A stretch of DNA of 63,908 nucleotides, counting the filler, from Octopus bimaculoides (taxonomy: Eukaryota), in NCBI RefSeq assembly GCF_001194135.2. It is 5 parts of 4 records of this genome, joined end to end, with 100 filler letters (N's around TTAATTAATTAA, not from the genome) between each part and the next. Parts side by side here need not be neighbours in the genome. Positions count along the whole stretch, not along the records: positions 20,557 to 30,345 come from NC_068981.1; positions 30,446 to 49,074 come from NC_069010.1; 3 more parts are not named here. The stretch is one strand, 5' to 3'. The notes under the pieces are model-generated. The model saw nothing but the letters and a program-made list of their open reading frames with translations. It was not told the DNA's origin and made no database searches. This document shows positions 24,386-38,018 of the stretch, piece after piece (position 1 is the stretch's first letter; each line of letters opens with the position of its first letter). The translations under genes and the position numbers were made by a program.

Positions 24386-24915
24386 AAAGACATAGAATTT
24401 AATTAAATTAAAACAGATGGACACATTAATATAATTTTACCTAAAATCTCCAAGAAGGTAAGGAGATAGACAAAGAAAATGCAGTCTTCACTTCAGCTTA
24501 GAAGCTACTAAGGTATCAGGAAGAAAGACTTATTACATCACTGTTTTATGGGATCAGTTTTAATTTATAGACTAGAATATCAGATCTTTGTATATCTAAG
24601 GCCAAAAGAACAAGGAGCAGTGCCTGTTAGGAAATGGGCTGAGGGAGTCGACAGAAATCATAGTGGGTATGGTCATAAAAAACTATCAAAATTTATTTGA
24701 AGCAATATAATGAGATTTGGTAAAGGAAATCTTAAATCAAGATGTTAACTGACAATTAAAGGGGCAAGCCACTAGTAGACCATTGATAATGAAATAGGGG
24801 AAATCTTATCACGTGGTACTATAGTTAAATATTTTAAACAATATTGCCATATTGTATAAAGTTAACATTTAGGGCTATTCAGAAGATTATAAAGAATATT
24901 ATAACAAAAGAATAA

Positions 24916-25058
24916 AAATAAGTTTAGTGGCATTCCTAGCGTTATTGTCCTCAATACGGGTTAAGCTGACCCACTAAACCATTAAATAAATGCGTTATTG
25001 ACACTTCTTTCCCAGATTCGAAGGAATAATATTACTTCCACATCACTTTATAACATCC
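24916..25058 (+). repeat. 143-bp direct repeat, copy 1 (copy 2 at 26337-26479)
   Basis: aaataagtttagt.gcattc.tagcg...ttataacatcc is present twice, 1421 bp apart, with few substitutions. Confidence 0.9.
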
Positions 25059-25634
25059 GGTTAACGGATTATGTTTACTACCCAAGGATTAGGCGATGAA
25101 ATTAAACTGGGAAAAGGATTAGGGCTGATGCGAAAAATGAAAAAGAGGGCGTCTCATCTGGCTCTCTAACAATTTCGCCAATCAACCACCCTGGACAATA
25201 TTTTATTCTATTGAACCCGAAAATATGAAAGGCAAAGTTGACTTAGCCGAGATTTGAGCTCGAAGCGCAGTGGGCGGAACAAATACTTCAAGACGCTAGC
25301 TCCTACATTTTAACTACCCTGCCAGCTCATCATCTAGAAATTATAAGATGCAGGATTTCTATACCACTCAACACTACAATTACGCTGCTACAACACAACT
25401 CTAGGCTTTGAAGGAACTTCTGTGTGGTTGTTCAACTTGTTAGAAATGGCAGTCAAATCTCGACCAAAGAAGATACATTGGACAATGAGGTCATGGGTTC
25501 CTGCAAAATACAAAATTGACATGATCAGGCTGGAATGGTTTTGACCATACATCCTCTCTATTTAGGGTTAAACAACAATAAAAACAACATTACATTTATC
25601 ACCAGCACCAATGACCACCGCCACCACCACCACC

Positions 25635-25683
<49 letters not shown>

Positions 25684-26336
25684 TTGCTGCTACTGCACAG
25701 TGGTACCAATAATGAAAATTCAAGAACTTACATCTACGTTCAATCCCGGATGGTTGAACAGTAACAGGTGCAGGAGCAGCAGTAGCAACAACGATAACAA
25801 CAAGAGCGACAACAATAACGGGTGCCACGACCACCACGACAACAACAATGATAACTGAAATTGCAACAGCAACAACAGGAAGATCAGTGGCAGCAGATGA
25901 AGAAACGTATATATGGTATCAAACACACTTAATCTAGTTTGTATAAACTAATATTCATGAGTATTAGTTTATGCAAATCCGACAGCTGCGATATCACAAA
26001 GCAACGACACAACATGGTGCTGTAAAAGAAGGAGTTGCGAAAATACACCACATGATAACCAAGTGGTAAGACTGGAGCAATATTTTATTAGGGAGAAAGT
26101 ATCGTCAATTATTTAATGACCGACTCTTGTTAATTATATGAAGAAGGTATGATCATAAAATTTTTTCTTCAGTTAAAGTCTATTTTTCATTAAATTTCAT
26201 TATTTGATTAATTAAAATTTCTAGGTTGTCTGCTCTTTTAATTCTTCTTGGTTTTGTGTATCTTAGTAACTAGCGCCTACCTTACAATATGTTGTCCATA
26301 AACACCTATAAAATTTATTGAGCGAAATATATGTCC

Positions 26337-26479
26337 AAATAAGTTTAGTAGCATTCATAGCGTTATTGTTCCTAATACGGGTTAAGCTTACCCAGTAAAC
26401 CATTAAATAAATGCGTTATTGACACTTCTTTCCCAGATTCGAAGGAATAATATTACTTCCACATCAGTTTATAACATCC
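26337..26479 (+). repeat. 143-bp direct repeat, copy 2
   Basis: See 24916-25058. Confidence 0.9.
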
Positions 26480-28449
26480 CGAATGTATCATCCAACGACA
26501 GTGGGGAACTGACAATCAAAGCCACATAAGGCAATAATATAAAAGCAACAACCCACCCACCTCTGGTTCAACTCTCTTCAGCTATTATGTTTCATATAAA
26601 CCATGAACATAACATATGCTAAAGTAAAAACTAACTGAAGTCAGTAAATATATCTAAAGGCGCCGCTAACTGGGGATAACTGAAAAACGAATAGCACCAG
26701 TCCTAGATCTCATTACGTACGTACGTACGTACGTACGTATGTATGTATGTATGTATGTTTGTATGTATGCATGTATGTATCTATGTATTGATGACTGGAA
26801 GCGTGTTTGTGTGTGTATCCAAACATATGTATATGTATTTGTGCGTGTTCATATGTATTTGTATATTTAATAAGCCTGGTTTTCACGTTGTAAATGAATG
26901 TGGGTCCACTTGTCTTTACAGCCAGTCATTTCTATGGCCATAAATTCGATATTTGACATTTACAATAGAATCAAATTTCTCATTGTAGACAAAAAACACG
27001 TGTAAAAGTGGTGGAGGGTGAAAGGAAAAGGCTACATATAAATACATACATATATACATATATACATGCATACAAATGTGTGTATATATATATGTATANN
27101 NNNNNNNNNNNNNNNNNNNNNNNNNNNNNNNNNNNNNNNNNNNNNNNNNNNNNNNNNNNNNNNNNNNNNNNNNNNNNNNNNNNNNNNNNNNNNNNNNNNN
27201 NNNNNNNNNNNNNNNNNNNNNNNNNNNNNNNNNNNNNNNNNNNNNNNNNNNNNNNNNNNNNNNNNNTATATATATGTACTTGTATGCATGAATGCATATA
27301 TGTGTGTATTCATGTATGAGCAAGTATGTGTGTGTGTGTATACATATACATGCAACGATACTTAAATATTTGTATGTATGTACATATACATGTACACTCA
27401 CATACACGGATGTATATTTTTAGAAAGAGAGAAAGAGAGAGAAAGAGAGAGATTGGGGAAGGGGGAAGGGAGAAAAATGATATATATCATTTTGTTTCCA
27501 ATAAAGAATTATTGCTTACTATAATGACAGAAATGCTGATGAGAAGAAATAAATTCTGTGCCAAACCGCGGGTTGTCAGATATTAAACGACAACAAAACG
27601 CTCTGAGTGAAAATTGGTTCTATAAAATCTGATAGCGCACTTTAAGTTACCTTTTCTAGCCAAAACTAGAAGCTACCGTATCTCTCACAGATTATACATT
27701 TATGTCATAAATAAATGAAATATGTCTTTACATCATGTAGACGTGCACGTTATAAAAAGCGTCGGGGTAGATACAACTAGAGTGGATTTTGATCATGGTA
27801 GTGTGCTTTGTTAGAGTTGATCTCGTGCTGAAATCTACAGGTTATAGTAGTTCAAAATTAACTAGAGTCTAACCGATCGTGACAATTGTAACGATAAAAA
27901 CTGAACTGCTTTTTACTCGTTGCTTAGCCAGAGGCCAACTCATGAAGAATACTTCTGATCTCTGTCTACTAGTTTTGACTTTACCATGGTGGCTGAATCG
28001 TTAGAGTACCAGACAGAATGCCTTGCATCATTTGTTCCGGTTCTTTAAATTCTTATTCAAACGCTGCCGAGCATTGCCTTTCTCCCCTCCGGGATAGATA
28101 AAATAAAGTACCTGTCCAAGTACTAGGATGGTTGGTACTGATGAACATCTTACACTTAAAAATTCCTGGCTTTGTACTTAAATCAGATACAATTATTTTA
28201 TAATGGAATGATGTTATTTAGGGGTGGGGAGATTTAGTTGCTATTTCTAGTGGAAAGAACGAACGCGTAAGAACTCACTCGTTTAACGCTAAAGGAAACA
28301 AAGACACGTGGACGAGCGGTTTGGGTATTCAGCTCATAATCATAAGGTCGTGAGTTCAATTTTCTGGATCGTGTGGTGCGAAGTGTTCTTGAGTAAATCC
28401 TTTCATTTCATGGTGTTCCCGTTTATTCAGTTAGTGAAGGGGATTGGTT

Positions 28450-29000
28450 TCGTGGTTTGAGTATTCAACTCAGGATTTTAAGGTCGTGAGTTTGATTCAT
28501 GACGGCACGTTATATCCTTGAGCAAGGCGCTGTATTTCATGCTGCTCTAATCTACTTAGTTGGCAAGAAGGAGTTGTGCCTGTAATTCAAAAAGCCTTAC
28601 TGTGTCACATTCTGTGTCACGATGTAACTCCCTGAGAAATACGTTAAAGTTACGCGTGTCTGTGGAGTGCTCAGCCACTTGATCGTAAATTTTACGAGTA
28701 GGCTGTTCTTATTTCTTTATTGCCCACAAGGGGCTGAACAGAGAGGAGACAAACAAGGACAGACAAAGGCATTAAGTCGATTAGATCGACCCCAGTGTGT
28801 AACTGGTACTCAATTTATCGATCCCAAAAGGATGAAAGGCAAAGTCAACCTCGGCGGAATTTGAACTCAGAACGTAGCGGAAGACGAAATACTGCTAAGA
28901 ATTGCGCCCGGCGTGCTATCGATTCTGCCAGCTCGCCGCTGGCTGTTCTGTTGATCGGATCAACTACAACATTCGTCAACGTAACCGACGGAGTGCCAGT
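28450..29000 (+). mobile_element. SINE family B interrupted by a minus-strand SINE family C (28710-28940)
   Basis: 9-bp TSD GGCTGTTCT at 28701-28709 and 28941-28949 flanks the nested copy. Family B sequence resumes after it. Confidence 0.8.
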
Positions 29001-30445
29001 TTAAGTTTATTCAGCTGCAAATAAGTATCAACAGGATACTGGAGCATCTGTTTCATTCTGTACGTGCTGCTAAATCAAAAGTAAAAGAAATGATGTGTCT
29101 ATGTCTGCTAGGTGGTGGTGGTGGGGCAATAAAATCAAGTATCAATCAAGTACTAGGATTGATCTTATCGACAAATCCCCTTTCTCAAAATTTCTGGCTT
29201 TGTACTCATGTTACAATTATTTCATTTTATGTCTAGTTCCATTGCACAATCGTCCTGATCTCTGTGTGTCTCGGCTTTATGCCGTAAAAGTACTGTGCGT
29301 AATATGAGAAGACCAGATGTGTGATTTTCTCTATTTTATAAATATATTCTAGTCCAGGCGTTTTGGTTATGCATTTACCCGAATCTTTCTTTAATCATCC
29401 CCATAACACACATTTTTAATGGAACAATTTGTCTCTTCAGTACCCACCTTCTGGTCACCTCTATATTCAAATTATAATGTTAAATCAAGACTAGTCCGAG
29501 AATAGCGATGATATATTTAATGATAAATTACTTAGTATAGTAGAGGCAAATTTATATTAAAATTTGTGTGACCTTGGAATATTAAATTTGGCCTGACCAC
29601 TTCGTCAGGGGAAGCTTAATGTCCCAGTTTTTAGATGACTTTGCTCGTTACATTTAGAGCTACATTACTGAAATTTGACACCAGCATGACGACCGAGAAA
29701 CATTTCTTCTAATGGTTTTTACAGTAATATCCGATTGATTTGATTCTGTCTCACTGTGTATTTCAAATTGACATATCCAACACTGTGTGCATTTTCTCCT
29801 TAACTGATATTTTTATGGTGTATTTTCATAGTGCTGACATAAATTCCAGTATCTATATTTCATATTGATAGCATAATTTCGAGTTAATAACCATAAATGC
29901 TGCCTTTATTGTGGCTATTTTACACAAATTTCAGATTTATAGCTATGAGATAAATTCACGTTTTCTCTCACACTGTGATTTTTCATCATTTGTGAACAGC
30001 AGCATCGCTGGTTACAGATTCTCAGTGGATTAATCACTGGTTCACTCTGGCTGTAATAGCGTGAGTGACCGAAGAATTGTCTGTGAAATTCGAATGGAAC
30101 AAATATCACATGTTATTTTTGTTTGAAAGCGTCGGTTTATCATTTTTACTTGCGGATATTTACTTCATTCACTGACTTGCAATGACGAAAGATACCCTGG
30201 TACTCGTACATTCTCGCATCCACGCTCACCTTAGCGTACACACGAACACATGCACCCATGAAAATAGAAATCCATCCATATATACATTTATATGTGCATG
30301 TGTGTATGTATTTATGCATGTATGTATATATATATATATATATATNNNNNNNNNNNNNNNNNNNNNNNNNNNNNNNNNNNNNNNNNNNNTTAATTAATTA
30401 ANNNNNNNNNNNNNNNNNNNNNNNNNNNNNNNNNNNNNNNNNNNN

Positions 30446-32540
30446 TGTCATTGTTCAACGTCAGTGTGGTTCTCCATGATCTCATACTTACAGATAAAAA
30501 GTTTCGCAGAGTAGGAGCTATTTTATACATTTCCAGACATTTCCTAATCCAGCTATGTAGTAGGCTATCAAAGGCCTTTTTATAGTCTATCCAGGTTATT
30601 GACAAGTTTTTGTGTGGCTTGTGACAATCTTCTAAGATCATCTTATTGATGAGTAGCTGATCTTTACAACCATAAGATCCACGTTTACATCCCTTTTGCT
30701 CATTAGGGAATATGCTACTTTCTATTAAAAAACTAATGGTTTACTCAGTTAGGACGGATGTTAGCGTCTTATACATTGTTGTTAAGCAGGTTATGGGTCG
30801 ATAATTTTTTGGTTCGTTTGTTTCCTCATCTTTTGGAAGCAGGAATGTTAAACCATTAACTAGCCAAGAGGGTTTCAATCTAGGATTTTGTAAAACATCG
30901 TTGTAAAGTTTTGTTAGCAGTTCATGGCTCTCTGGGAAGGCATTCAACCAGAAGTTAGGAATTTTATCCTTTCCTGGAGCCTTCCATTTGCTTGACCTCC
31001 CGAGAGCAGATCTTATATCTTCTACCTTGATCCCCTCCTACTTTTGCTCCTCTAAGGAGTCTAAGTCTATAGATATTCTATCAATCCAAGGGGCCTTTTC
31101 ATTGTGTGTTTTATCTTCTGCCCAGATTTTATTCCAAAATTCCTGTACTTCTTCTTTTGATGGGACAGACTTTATTGTTACTGGTGTTTTCCCTATCTTC
31201 CTGTAGAAATTTTGGGGGTTATTTTTGAACCTGTTATTATCTCTGAAGAATCTAACACGTTTTTCATACCTTGCTATGCGGGCAGCTTTAGCACATACCT
31301 TTTGCTTGATGGTTTCTATGGTGGCATCAATGTCAACTATGGTTTTCATATTATATTTTTTCTTTAGTTTTTGGGCCTTTGTAGGTTTGATACTCTTGTC
31401 AAATTTAAGGTTTTTCAAACATTCTATGTCAGATCTTAGTAGCTTTATTTGGTGTTGAATGCGCTCTTGCCAAGAAGGCTTTTTGTGGGAGTGTTGTCGT
31501 TTTCTAATCTTTTCACCACATAGAATCGTTGAGATTTTTGCAGATGCATATTACAGGTGGTTGAGATCTGTAATATCAACATCATTAGCAGAAATTATAT
31601 CCTTAAGTGCAAGGCGGATTTTACCAATTATTTNNNNNNNNNNNNNNNNNNNNNNNNNNNNNNNNNNNNNNNNNNNNNNNNNNNNNNNNNNNNNNNNNNN
31701 NNNNNNNNNNNNNNNNNNNNNNNNNNNNNNNNNNNNNNNNNNNNNNNNNNNNNNNNNNNNNNNNNNNNNNNNNNNNNNNNNNNNNNNNNNNNNNNNNNNN
31801 NNNNNNNNNNNNNNNNNNNNNNNNNNNNNNNNNNNNNNNNNNNNNNNNNNNNNNNNNNNNNNNNNNNNNNNNNNNNNNNNNNNNNNNNNNNNNNNNNNNN
31901 NNNNNNNNNNNNNNNNNNNNNNNNNNNNNNNNNNNNNNNNNNNNNNNNNNNNNNNNNNNNNNNNNNNNNNNNNNNNNNNNNNNNNNNNNNNNNNNNNNNN
32001 NNNNNNNNNNNNNNNNNNNNNNNNNNNNNNNNNNNNNNNNNNNNNNNNNNNNNNNNNNNNNNNNNNNNNNNNNNNNNNNNNNNNNNNNNNNNNNNNNNNN
32101 NNNNNNNNNNNNNNNNNNNNNNNNNNNNNNNNNNNNNNNNNNNNNNNNNNNNNNNNNNNNNNNNNNNNNNNNNNNNNNNNNNNNNNNNNNNNNNNNNNNN
32201 NNNNNNNNNNNNNNNNNNNNNNNNNNNNNNNNNNNNNNNNNNNNNNNNNNNNNNNNNNNNNNNNNNNNNNNNNNNNNNNNNNNNNNNNNNNNNNNNNNNN
32301 NNNNNNNNNNNNNNNNNNNNNNNNNNNNNNNNNNNNNNNNNNNNNNNNNNNNNNNNNNNNNNNNNNNNNNNNNNNNNNNNNNNNNNNNNATTTTCAATCA
32401 CCTTTTGTTTTGAACTTGAGAAAGACAGACGTTCTGTCGAAATATTGTTCAAAGAATAAAACATCTATACAATCGAATCGCACTCTTCGTCTTGACTATT
32501 TACCTCCGTGAAGAGTAACGTCAATCCTTTTTTAAATTAT
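30446..32540 (-). mobile_element. R4/Dong-like non-LTR retrotransposon, 5' region and RT N-terminal part (gapped)
   Basis: Minus ORFs include YEKRVRFFRDNNRFKNNPQNFYRKIG, PSWLVNGLTFLLPK...PKNYRPITCLTTMYKTLT and [26 protein letters not shown] (RT domains 0-3). Segment 32390-32540 is the probable 5' end beyond the gap. Confidence 0.85.
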
Positions 32541-32572
32541 TAATATTATTATTATTATTATTATTATTATTA

Positions 32573-32606
<34 letters not shown>

Positions 32607-32924
32607 CATCATCATTGGGTGAAGAAAGAGCAGCACATGCCACCAAAATGACACTAGAGTAAAATATAGGAAGCCCAATATACTTATCATGACTACATGT
32701 ATGATAAGGGTACACCAGGTATATGCATCACAACCACATGTGCGCAACATGGTAATCCTATATCAAGATAAACAGCGCATGACCTTGCAGGTGGAGCCCA
32801 TTTAGAATTTTCTTCAGACTGAGTAGCCCATTCTGTTCCAGAGGTCCCTGAATTAGGTTTGTTTAAGAATGATGAACAAAACACTCGAGTTCCCAAAGGT
32901 GAATTATAAAAATCTCAAAGAATT

Positions 32925-33147
32925 TCACTCAACACATCGCTATGATGCTTCCCCACTATTTCTGTTCGTGATCAGAGACATTCTCTACTGGTTAAGGTCA
33001 AACAACTGACAAGCAAATCTGTGATAATGAGCAGAAGATTTGCTGTAGCCCATCGTCTATACCAAGACAAAACAATGTACATGATAACACTTCCAATCAA
33101 TTAAGATCAGAAGCCATGAGAGCCACTACCCGGTAGTGCATCAGGGC
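32925..33147 (-). mobile_element. SINE-like repeat (family D)
   Basis: Recognised repeat (minus strand ccctgatgcactacc..gtggctctcatggcttctgatcttaa...) that abuts the (TAA)n tail of the Dong-like copy. Only one copy in the window. Confidence 0.5.
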
Positions 33148-33225
33148 ATTTATTATTATTATTATTATGATTATTATAATAATAATTATTATTATTATTG
33201 TTATTAGTAGTAGTCGTAGTAGTAT

Positions 33226-34058
33226 TCCTTCATAACATAGTGTAGGTAAAAACGCATCAGAGTCTTAAGTCATCTGTCAAGTCACAGCTAGGACCTCAGA
33301 CAGATAATACTTTCCTTAAGATGTGCGCTTTGGCCATGAAGGCTGCTTTTTGCAAGACATCAATCTTGCATGGGATTTCCAGTTGCCTTAAGAAGTCTTG
33401 AAGTTTCAATGGGATTGAGCCTAACGCTCCGATCTCCACTGGTATCACTTTTACATTACCCTCTCGCATTCCAAACAATCTCGCCATTTCCACTTTTATT
33501 TCGGAGTATTGGTGGTTTTTTCCAACCCCTTTACTCACAATATTGTAGTCATTTGGTATGGCTGCATCAATGATCTGACAGTATTTGTCTCTCTTATTCA
33601 ATATGACAATATCCGGCCGACGGTGTTCGACAACACGATCCGTCTGAAAATCATAGTCCCAGAGTATCGTTACTTTTCCATCTTCCTGCATAACTTTACT
33701 TGGTACATGCTCGTACCAGTTCTCTGTTACTTCATATTGGTATTTATGGCATAAAAGCCAATGAAGATACACACACACTTTATCGTGGCGGTGCTCGTAT
33801 TCCTTTTCTGCTCGGCTCTCACATCCACTTATCAAGTGGGTCACATTTCCACACCCTTTCCACAGTCTTCATTTCAGGGTGTCAGAAGTTGTATAGATAT
33901 TATACTTCCCTGAATGGGTAGCGAGAGCCTGGTCTTATGCAGCAATGATCAGGCTCTCAGTGGTACGCTTCAATTCACCTCGCTCCAGCCATGCCCACGA
34001 TGCTGTATTAACCTTAACGTCCTGTTTATTCCTTTCAAACTGTCCATGCATTCTTATT
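33226..34058 (-). mobile_element. R4/Dong-like non-LTR retrotransposon, C-terminal zinc knuckle/REL endonuclease and 3' UTR
   Basis: ORF 33296-33844: HLISGC...HRHDKV, ILWDYDFQTDRVVEHRRPDIVILNK, IIDAAIP, VIPVEIGALG (REL motifs). Followed by a ~70-nt 3' UTR and a (TAC)n(TAA)n tail. Confidence 0.9.
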
Positions 34059-34547
34059 NNNNNNNNNNNNNNNNNNNNNNNNNNNNNNNNNNNNNNNNNN
34101 NNNNNNNNNNNNNNNNNNNNNNNNNNNNNNNNNNNNNNNNNNNNNNNNNNNNNNNNNNNNNNNNNNNNNNNNNNNNNNNNNNNNNNNNNNNNNNNNNNNN
34201 NNNNNNNNNNNNNNNNNNNNNNNNNNNNNNNNNNNNNNNNNNNNNNNNNNNNNNNNNNNNNNNNNNNNNNNNNNNNNNNNNNNNNNNNNNNNNNNNNNNN
34301 NNNNNNNNNNNNNNNNNNNNNNNNNNNNNNNNNNNNNNNNNNNNNNNNNNNNNNNNNNNNNNNNNNNNNNNNNNNNNNNNNNNNNNNNNNNNNNNNNNNN
34401 NNNNNNNNNNNNNNNNNNNNNNNNNNNNNNNNNNNNNNNNNNNNNNNNNNNNNNNNNNNNNNNNNNNNNNNNNNNNNNNNNNNNNNNNNNNNNNNNNAAC
34501 CCTCCTCCTCCCCCTCCTCCTCCTCCTCCTCATCATCATCATCATAT

Positions 34548-34860
34548 GCAAACTCACAGCTTACTGTTCTGGGTTTGATGGAAAGTGTCAGTTGTCCACA
34601 GCCAGCAAGGTGACACTTGTTTGCTGTTTATACTTCAAGAACCCTTGCGTCCCAAGAATTCTTGCGTTCCAAGAATTCTTGCGTTCCAAGCAATGCTGTT
34701 TTCTTTTAGGTGTTCTACCTTCACACTTTTACCAATCGTTTTCGGTCATATTGGTAGTTGAGTGCTAATACATCCAAATGCACCAATTACTATTGGTATC
34801 ACCTCTACTCTCTTCATTGACCACAACCTTCGTATTTCCTACTTCAAATAGTCATGGTTG
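34548..34860 (-). mobile_element. R4/Dong-like 5'-truncated 3' end
   Basis: Minus frame EIRRLWSMKRVEVIPIVIGAFGCIS...KVEHL. Contains a local 17-bp tandem repeat (caagaattcttgcgttc). Bounded by (ATT/GTT)n and (CAT/CCT)n tracts. Confidence 0.75.
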
Positions 34861-34866
34861 TTTAAC

Positions 34867-34906
<40 letters not shown>

Positions 34907-35537
34907 GTTGTTGTTGTTGTTGTTGTTTAATTATTACTGTAGTTGTTATTGTTGTTGTTTTTGTTGTTGCTCTTTTTTGAAAAACACTGAAAATATTCAA
35001 ATTGATATATCAAAAATGAATATTAATTTTCCCCTTCTTAATTAGGAATATTACTATACATGTCTGTGCCACTGAAGCTATAAAATGTACAACACTGTAA
35101 TCTGTCAGTTTCTGCGCTGGTACGTCTCTAGCTTTAAAACCAGTTGCTACATAGAATAAACACGACCTTCTTAGCGTCAAAACCACCCATCTAAATGAGA
35201 TTTCTCAGATACAGCGGCGCAAGATCCCTACCACCAAATTCCCGACACTACAATGTCCCTAAACTACGATAAAATAGAATCGTTTCAAGTGGCTAGTAAT
35301 CTTATTTAAATGTACTTTATTATTCAATATGTAAGCTAAAAGAGAATAGAACCTTAATGCTTCCACTCTCTACTAGAAAGCATTTCACATTATTGATGTT
35401 ATTAACAACACTTAGAAAAATGAATTTCATAACGTTTATATACCTGCTCAAATTTTATAATCTTTGTTTCTTGTCAAATCACATAGGAATTTCTATGTTG
35501 ATCTGAAACGCATTCAGAGTTCTCTTTATTGTTACAG

Positions 35538-35695
35538 CTATCTCGGAAATAATAACCTTCTGAGGTGTGGATGTCACTTGCCAGCCTTCGTAAATCATGT
35601 TAAAAACGTCTATAACAGAACTGTGAATGTCCATGGCACGTGTCAGGAAAGCTCAGAGAAACGATTACCTATACTGAATTATTCGCAATGTCAAA
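35538..35695 (+). CDS. Exon: LRR C-terminal cap (LRRCT) of an adhesion-type GPCR
   Basis: Acceptor tctttattgttacAG, donor A|GTTAAT. The 158-nt exon (phase 2 to 1) encodes YLGNNNLLRCGCHLPAFVNHVKNVYNRTVNVHGTCQESSEKRLPILNYSQCQ, with the four-Cys LRRCT pattern (N...CxC...C...C). Confidence 0.75.
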
Positions 35696-36275
35696 GTTAA
35701 TAAAATTCTCGTTTCTTCTTTTCTTTTCTTATTAACACTAAGAAAATCCGGGTTCTTCTCTGAAGCTTACAATATAATATTTTATGAAACGGAAACTATA
35801 GATAAAGATATGAGAAATAAGCGTTTTACCATTCGCACGCTTTACATTCACATATTCTCTCTAATGAAATTATAGATTCAACTGTATCACACATACCATC
35901 AACGGCACACACACATGCAAAGCAAAGCAGTGGGTGCAAGAGTGAATGTGTGAGGGAACTTGTGAGTATGCACATGTGCGTGTGTGTATGTGTTTGAAGA
36001 GTAAGTGTGCATAAATATGTATGAGTCTATGTACCAGTAGTGTGTATATATTTGTATGTGTGTGTCAAAGATAGAATATCCAGTGGGACAAAGTTGTGTG
36101 TTTGTGTGTGTGAGTGTGTAATAAAGTGTGAAGAGAGTAACTGTGGTACCGAAGTGAGATATGTAGGTAGAAACTGTGGTCTAGCGTGTGAAGTTTGCAT
36201 AAAGTGTAAATGTTGGCATAGGGACAATTAATGTGTAGATGTGGGTCGGTAAGAGTGATGCTACGGAGGAGAGAC

Positions 36276-36335
36276 GAAGAAAACGAAGTAGAGAGGAAGA
36301 AAACGAAGTAGAGAGGAAGAAAACGAAGTAGAGAG
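36276..36335 (+). repeat. Three tandem copies of a 20-bp unit (gaagaaaacgaagtagagag)
   Basis: Directly visible, perfect units. Confidence 0.95.
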
Positions 36336-37019
36336 GTAAAGTATATTTTTAGCGATTAGCCAGGAAGACGGTCAATGCTCAGGATCATTCACAAGGCTGC
36401 TGTGATTGGTTGGAGGAAAGTAGGAAGATATCCTGAAATCAAAGACATGCCTTGATTGTTTACAACAGAGAAGACTCCGGCATAANNNNNNNNNNNNNNN
36501 NNNNNNNNNNNNNNNNNNNNNNNNNNNNNNNNNNNNNNNNNNNNNNNNNNNNNNNNNNNNNNNNNNNNNNNNNNNNNNNNNNNNNNNNNNNNNNNNNNNN
36601 NNNNNNNNNNNNNNNNNNNNNNNNNNNNNNNNNNNNNNNNNNNNNNNNNNNNNNNNNNNNNNNNNNNNNNNNNNNNNNNNNNNNNNNNNNNNNNNNNNNN
36701 NNNNNNNNNNNNNNNNNNNNNNNNNNNNNNNNNNNNNNNNNNNNNNNNNNNNNNNNNNNNNNNNNNNNNNNNNNNNNNNNNNNNNNNNNNNNNNNNNNNN
36801 NNNNNNNNNNNNNNNNNNNNNNNNNNNNNNNNNNNNNNNNNNNNNNNNNNNNNNNNNNNNNNNNNNNNNNNNNNNNNNNNNNNNNNNNNNNNNNNNNNNN
36901 NNNNNNNNNNNNNNNNNNNNNNNNNNNNNNNNNNNNNNNNNNNNNNNNNNNNNNNNNNNNNNNNNNNNNNNNNNNNNNNNNNNNNNNNNNNNNNNCCTGA
37001 TTTCATTGTGGGCCACCAT

Positions 37020-37707
37020 CATGAAATTAAACACAAAGAGCGACTATTATCACTGACAGAATACAATATCGCAAAGGCATATTCCAAGGGGACAACCTCG
37101 TTGTGATGTTGCTTATACTTTCTGTAAACCCCATGTCATTCATGTTATGGATATCTCGTTGGTTCACAAGGAAACAGAAATACCAAAATTGAACACTGTT
37201 TCTGTGTGGATAACTTAAAACTTTATGCAAAGAATATGGATGAGATGAAAAAGAGCCCAGACCAAGTTACAACATTCTCAAAAAATGTAGGTTTGGAGAT
37301 TGTTCAGGATAAATGTTATATGGTTGTCAAAAGGGGTAAAACTGTAAACCAGACTAGCAACATCACCATCAATGACTGTTTCCCCTATATCTGAAGTGGA
37401 ATGTTACAGATATCTAGGGGTGCATGAAAATATATCACACAACAGCACCTGTAGCAAAACAAATGTTTTTTTTTACAGGTACCATTGTGTTACAGGTGTC
37501 ATTAAGTTACAGGTACCATTACAGTATAAACAAAGAACATTACAGCTCAATAAATAAAATTTGAACCTCAGAAATCTATGCATTCAATAAAACATTGGCC
37601 CACCACGTGTTTGCTGTGCAAGTACTCATATTAACATTTGGGCTGTTTTATTGGACACTTGATGAGATCCGAGCGGTTTATGTGAAAACCCAGAAAATAC
37701 TGACAAG
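37020..37707 (+). mobile_element. R4/Dong-like RT core remnant (intronic)
   Basis: IQYRKGIFQGDNLVVMLLILSVNPMS and HCFCVDNLKLYAK are degenerate GIFQGDSLSP and YMDD motifs; also FYWTLDEIRAVYVKTQKILT. Confidence 0.8.
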
Positions 37708-37903
37708 NNNNNNNNNNNNNNNNNNNNNNNNNNNNNNNNNNNNNNNNNNNNNNNNNNNNNNNNNNNNNNNNNNNNNNNNNNNNNNNNNNNNNNNNNNNNN
37801 NNNNNNNCCACCACCACCACCATTACTACTACTACTACTACTACTACTACTGCTGCTTTCTATTATTGGCTTCTCTCATATCTACATATTGTTTCTTATT
37901 CAG

Positions 37904-38018
37904 TGGTTTGTGATGAAAGCACAACATCAGCTAACAATCGAACTTTCTATTGGCCAATGACAAAAGTAGGAACTACTGCAGAGATCCCATGTCATGCACA
38001 TGTAGCCACAAGATACTG
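37904..38018 (+). CDS. Exon: HormR (hormone-receptor) domain, first part, adhesion-type GPCR
   Basis: Acceptor gtttcttattcAG, donor TG|GTTGGT. The 115-nt exon (phase 1 to 2) encodes VCDESTTSANNRTFYWPMTKVGTTAEIPCHAHVATRY(C), matching C...WP.T..G.....PC....A.R.C. Confidence 0.85.

Noticed and set aside
25986-26065. Possible exon AISQSNDTTWCCKRRSCENTPHDNQV with a GTAAGA donor
   Set aside because: Weak acceptor, no recognisable domain and no phase-linked partner.
35209-35272. LRR-like peptide RSLPPNSRHYNVPKLR upstream of the LRRCT exon
   Set aside because: In-frame TAA before a 72-nt LRR exon would be complete and no donor site; chance or a dead exon.
36276-36335. Short regularly repeated unit as a CRISPR-like array
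   Set aside because: Head-to-tail minisatellite with no spacers, in a eukaryotic context, with no cas genes.
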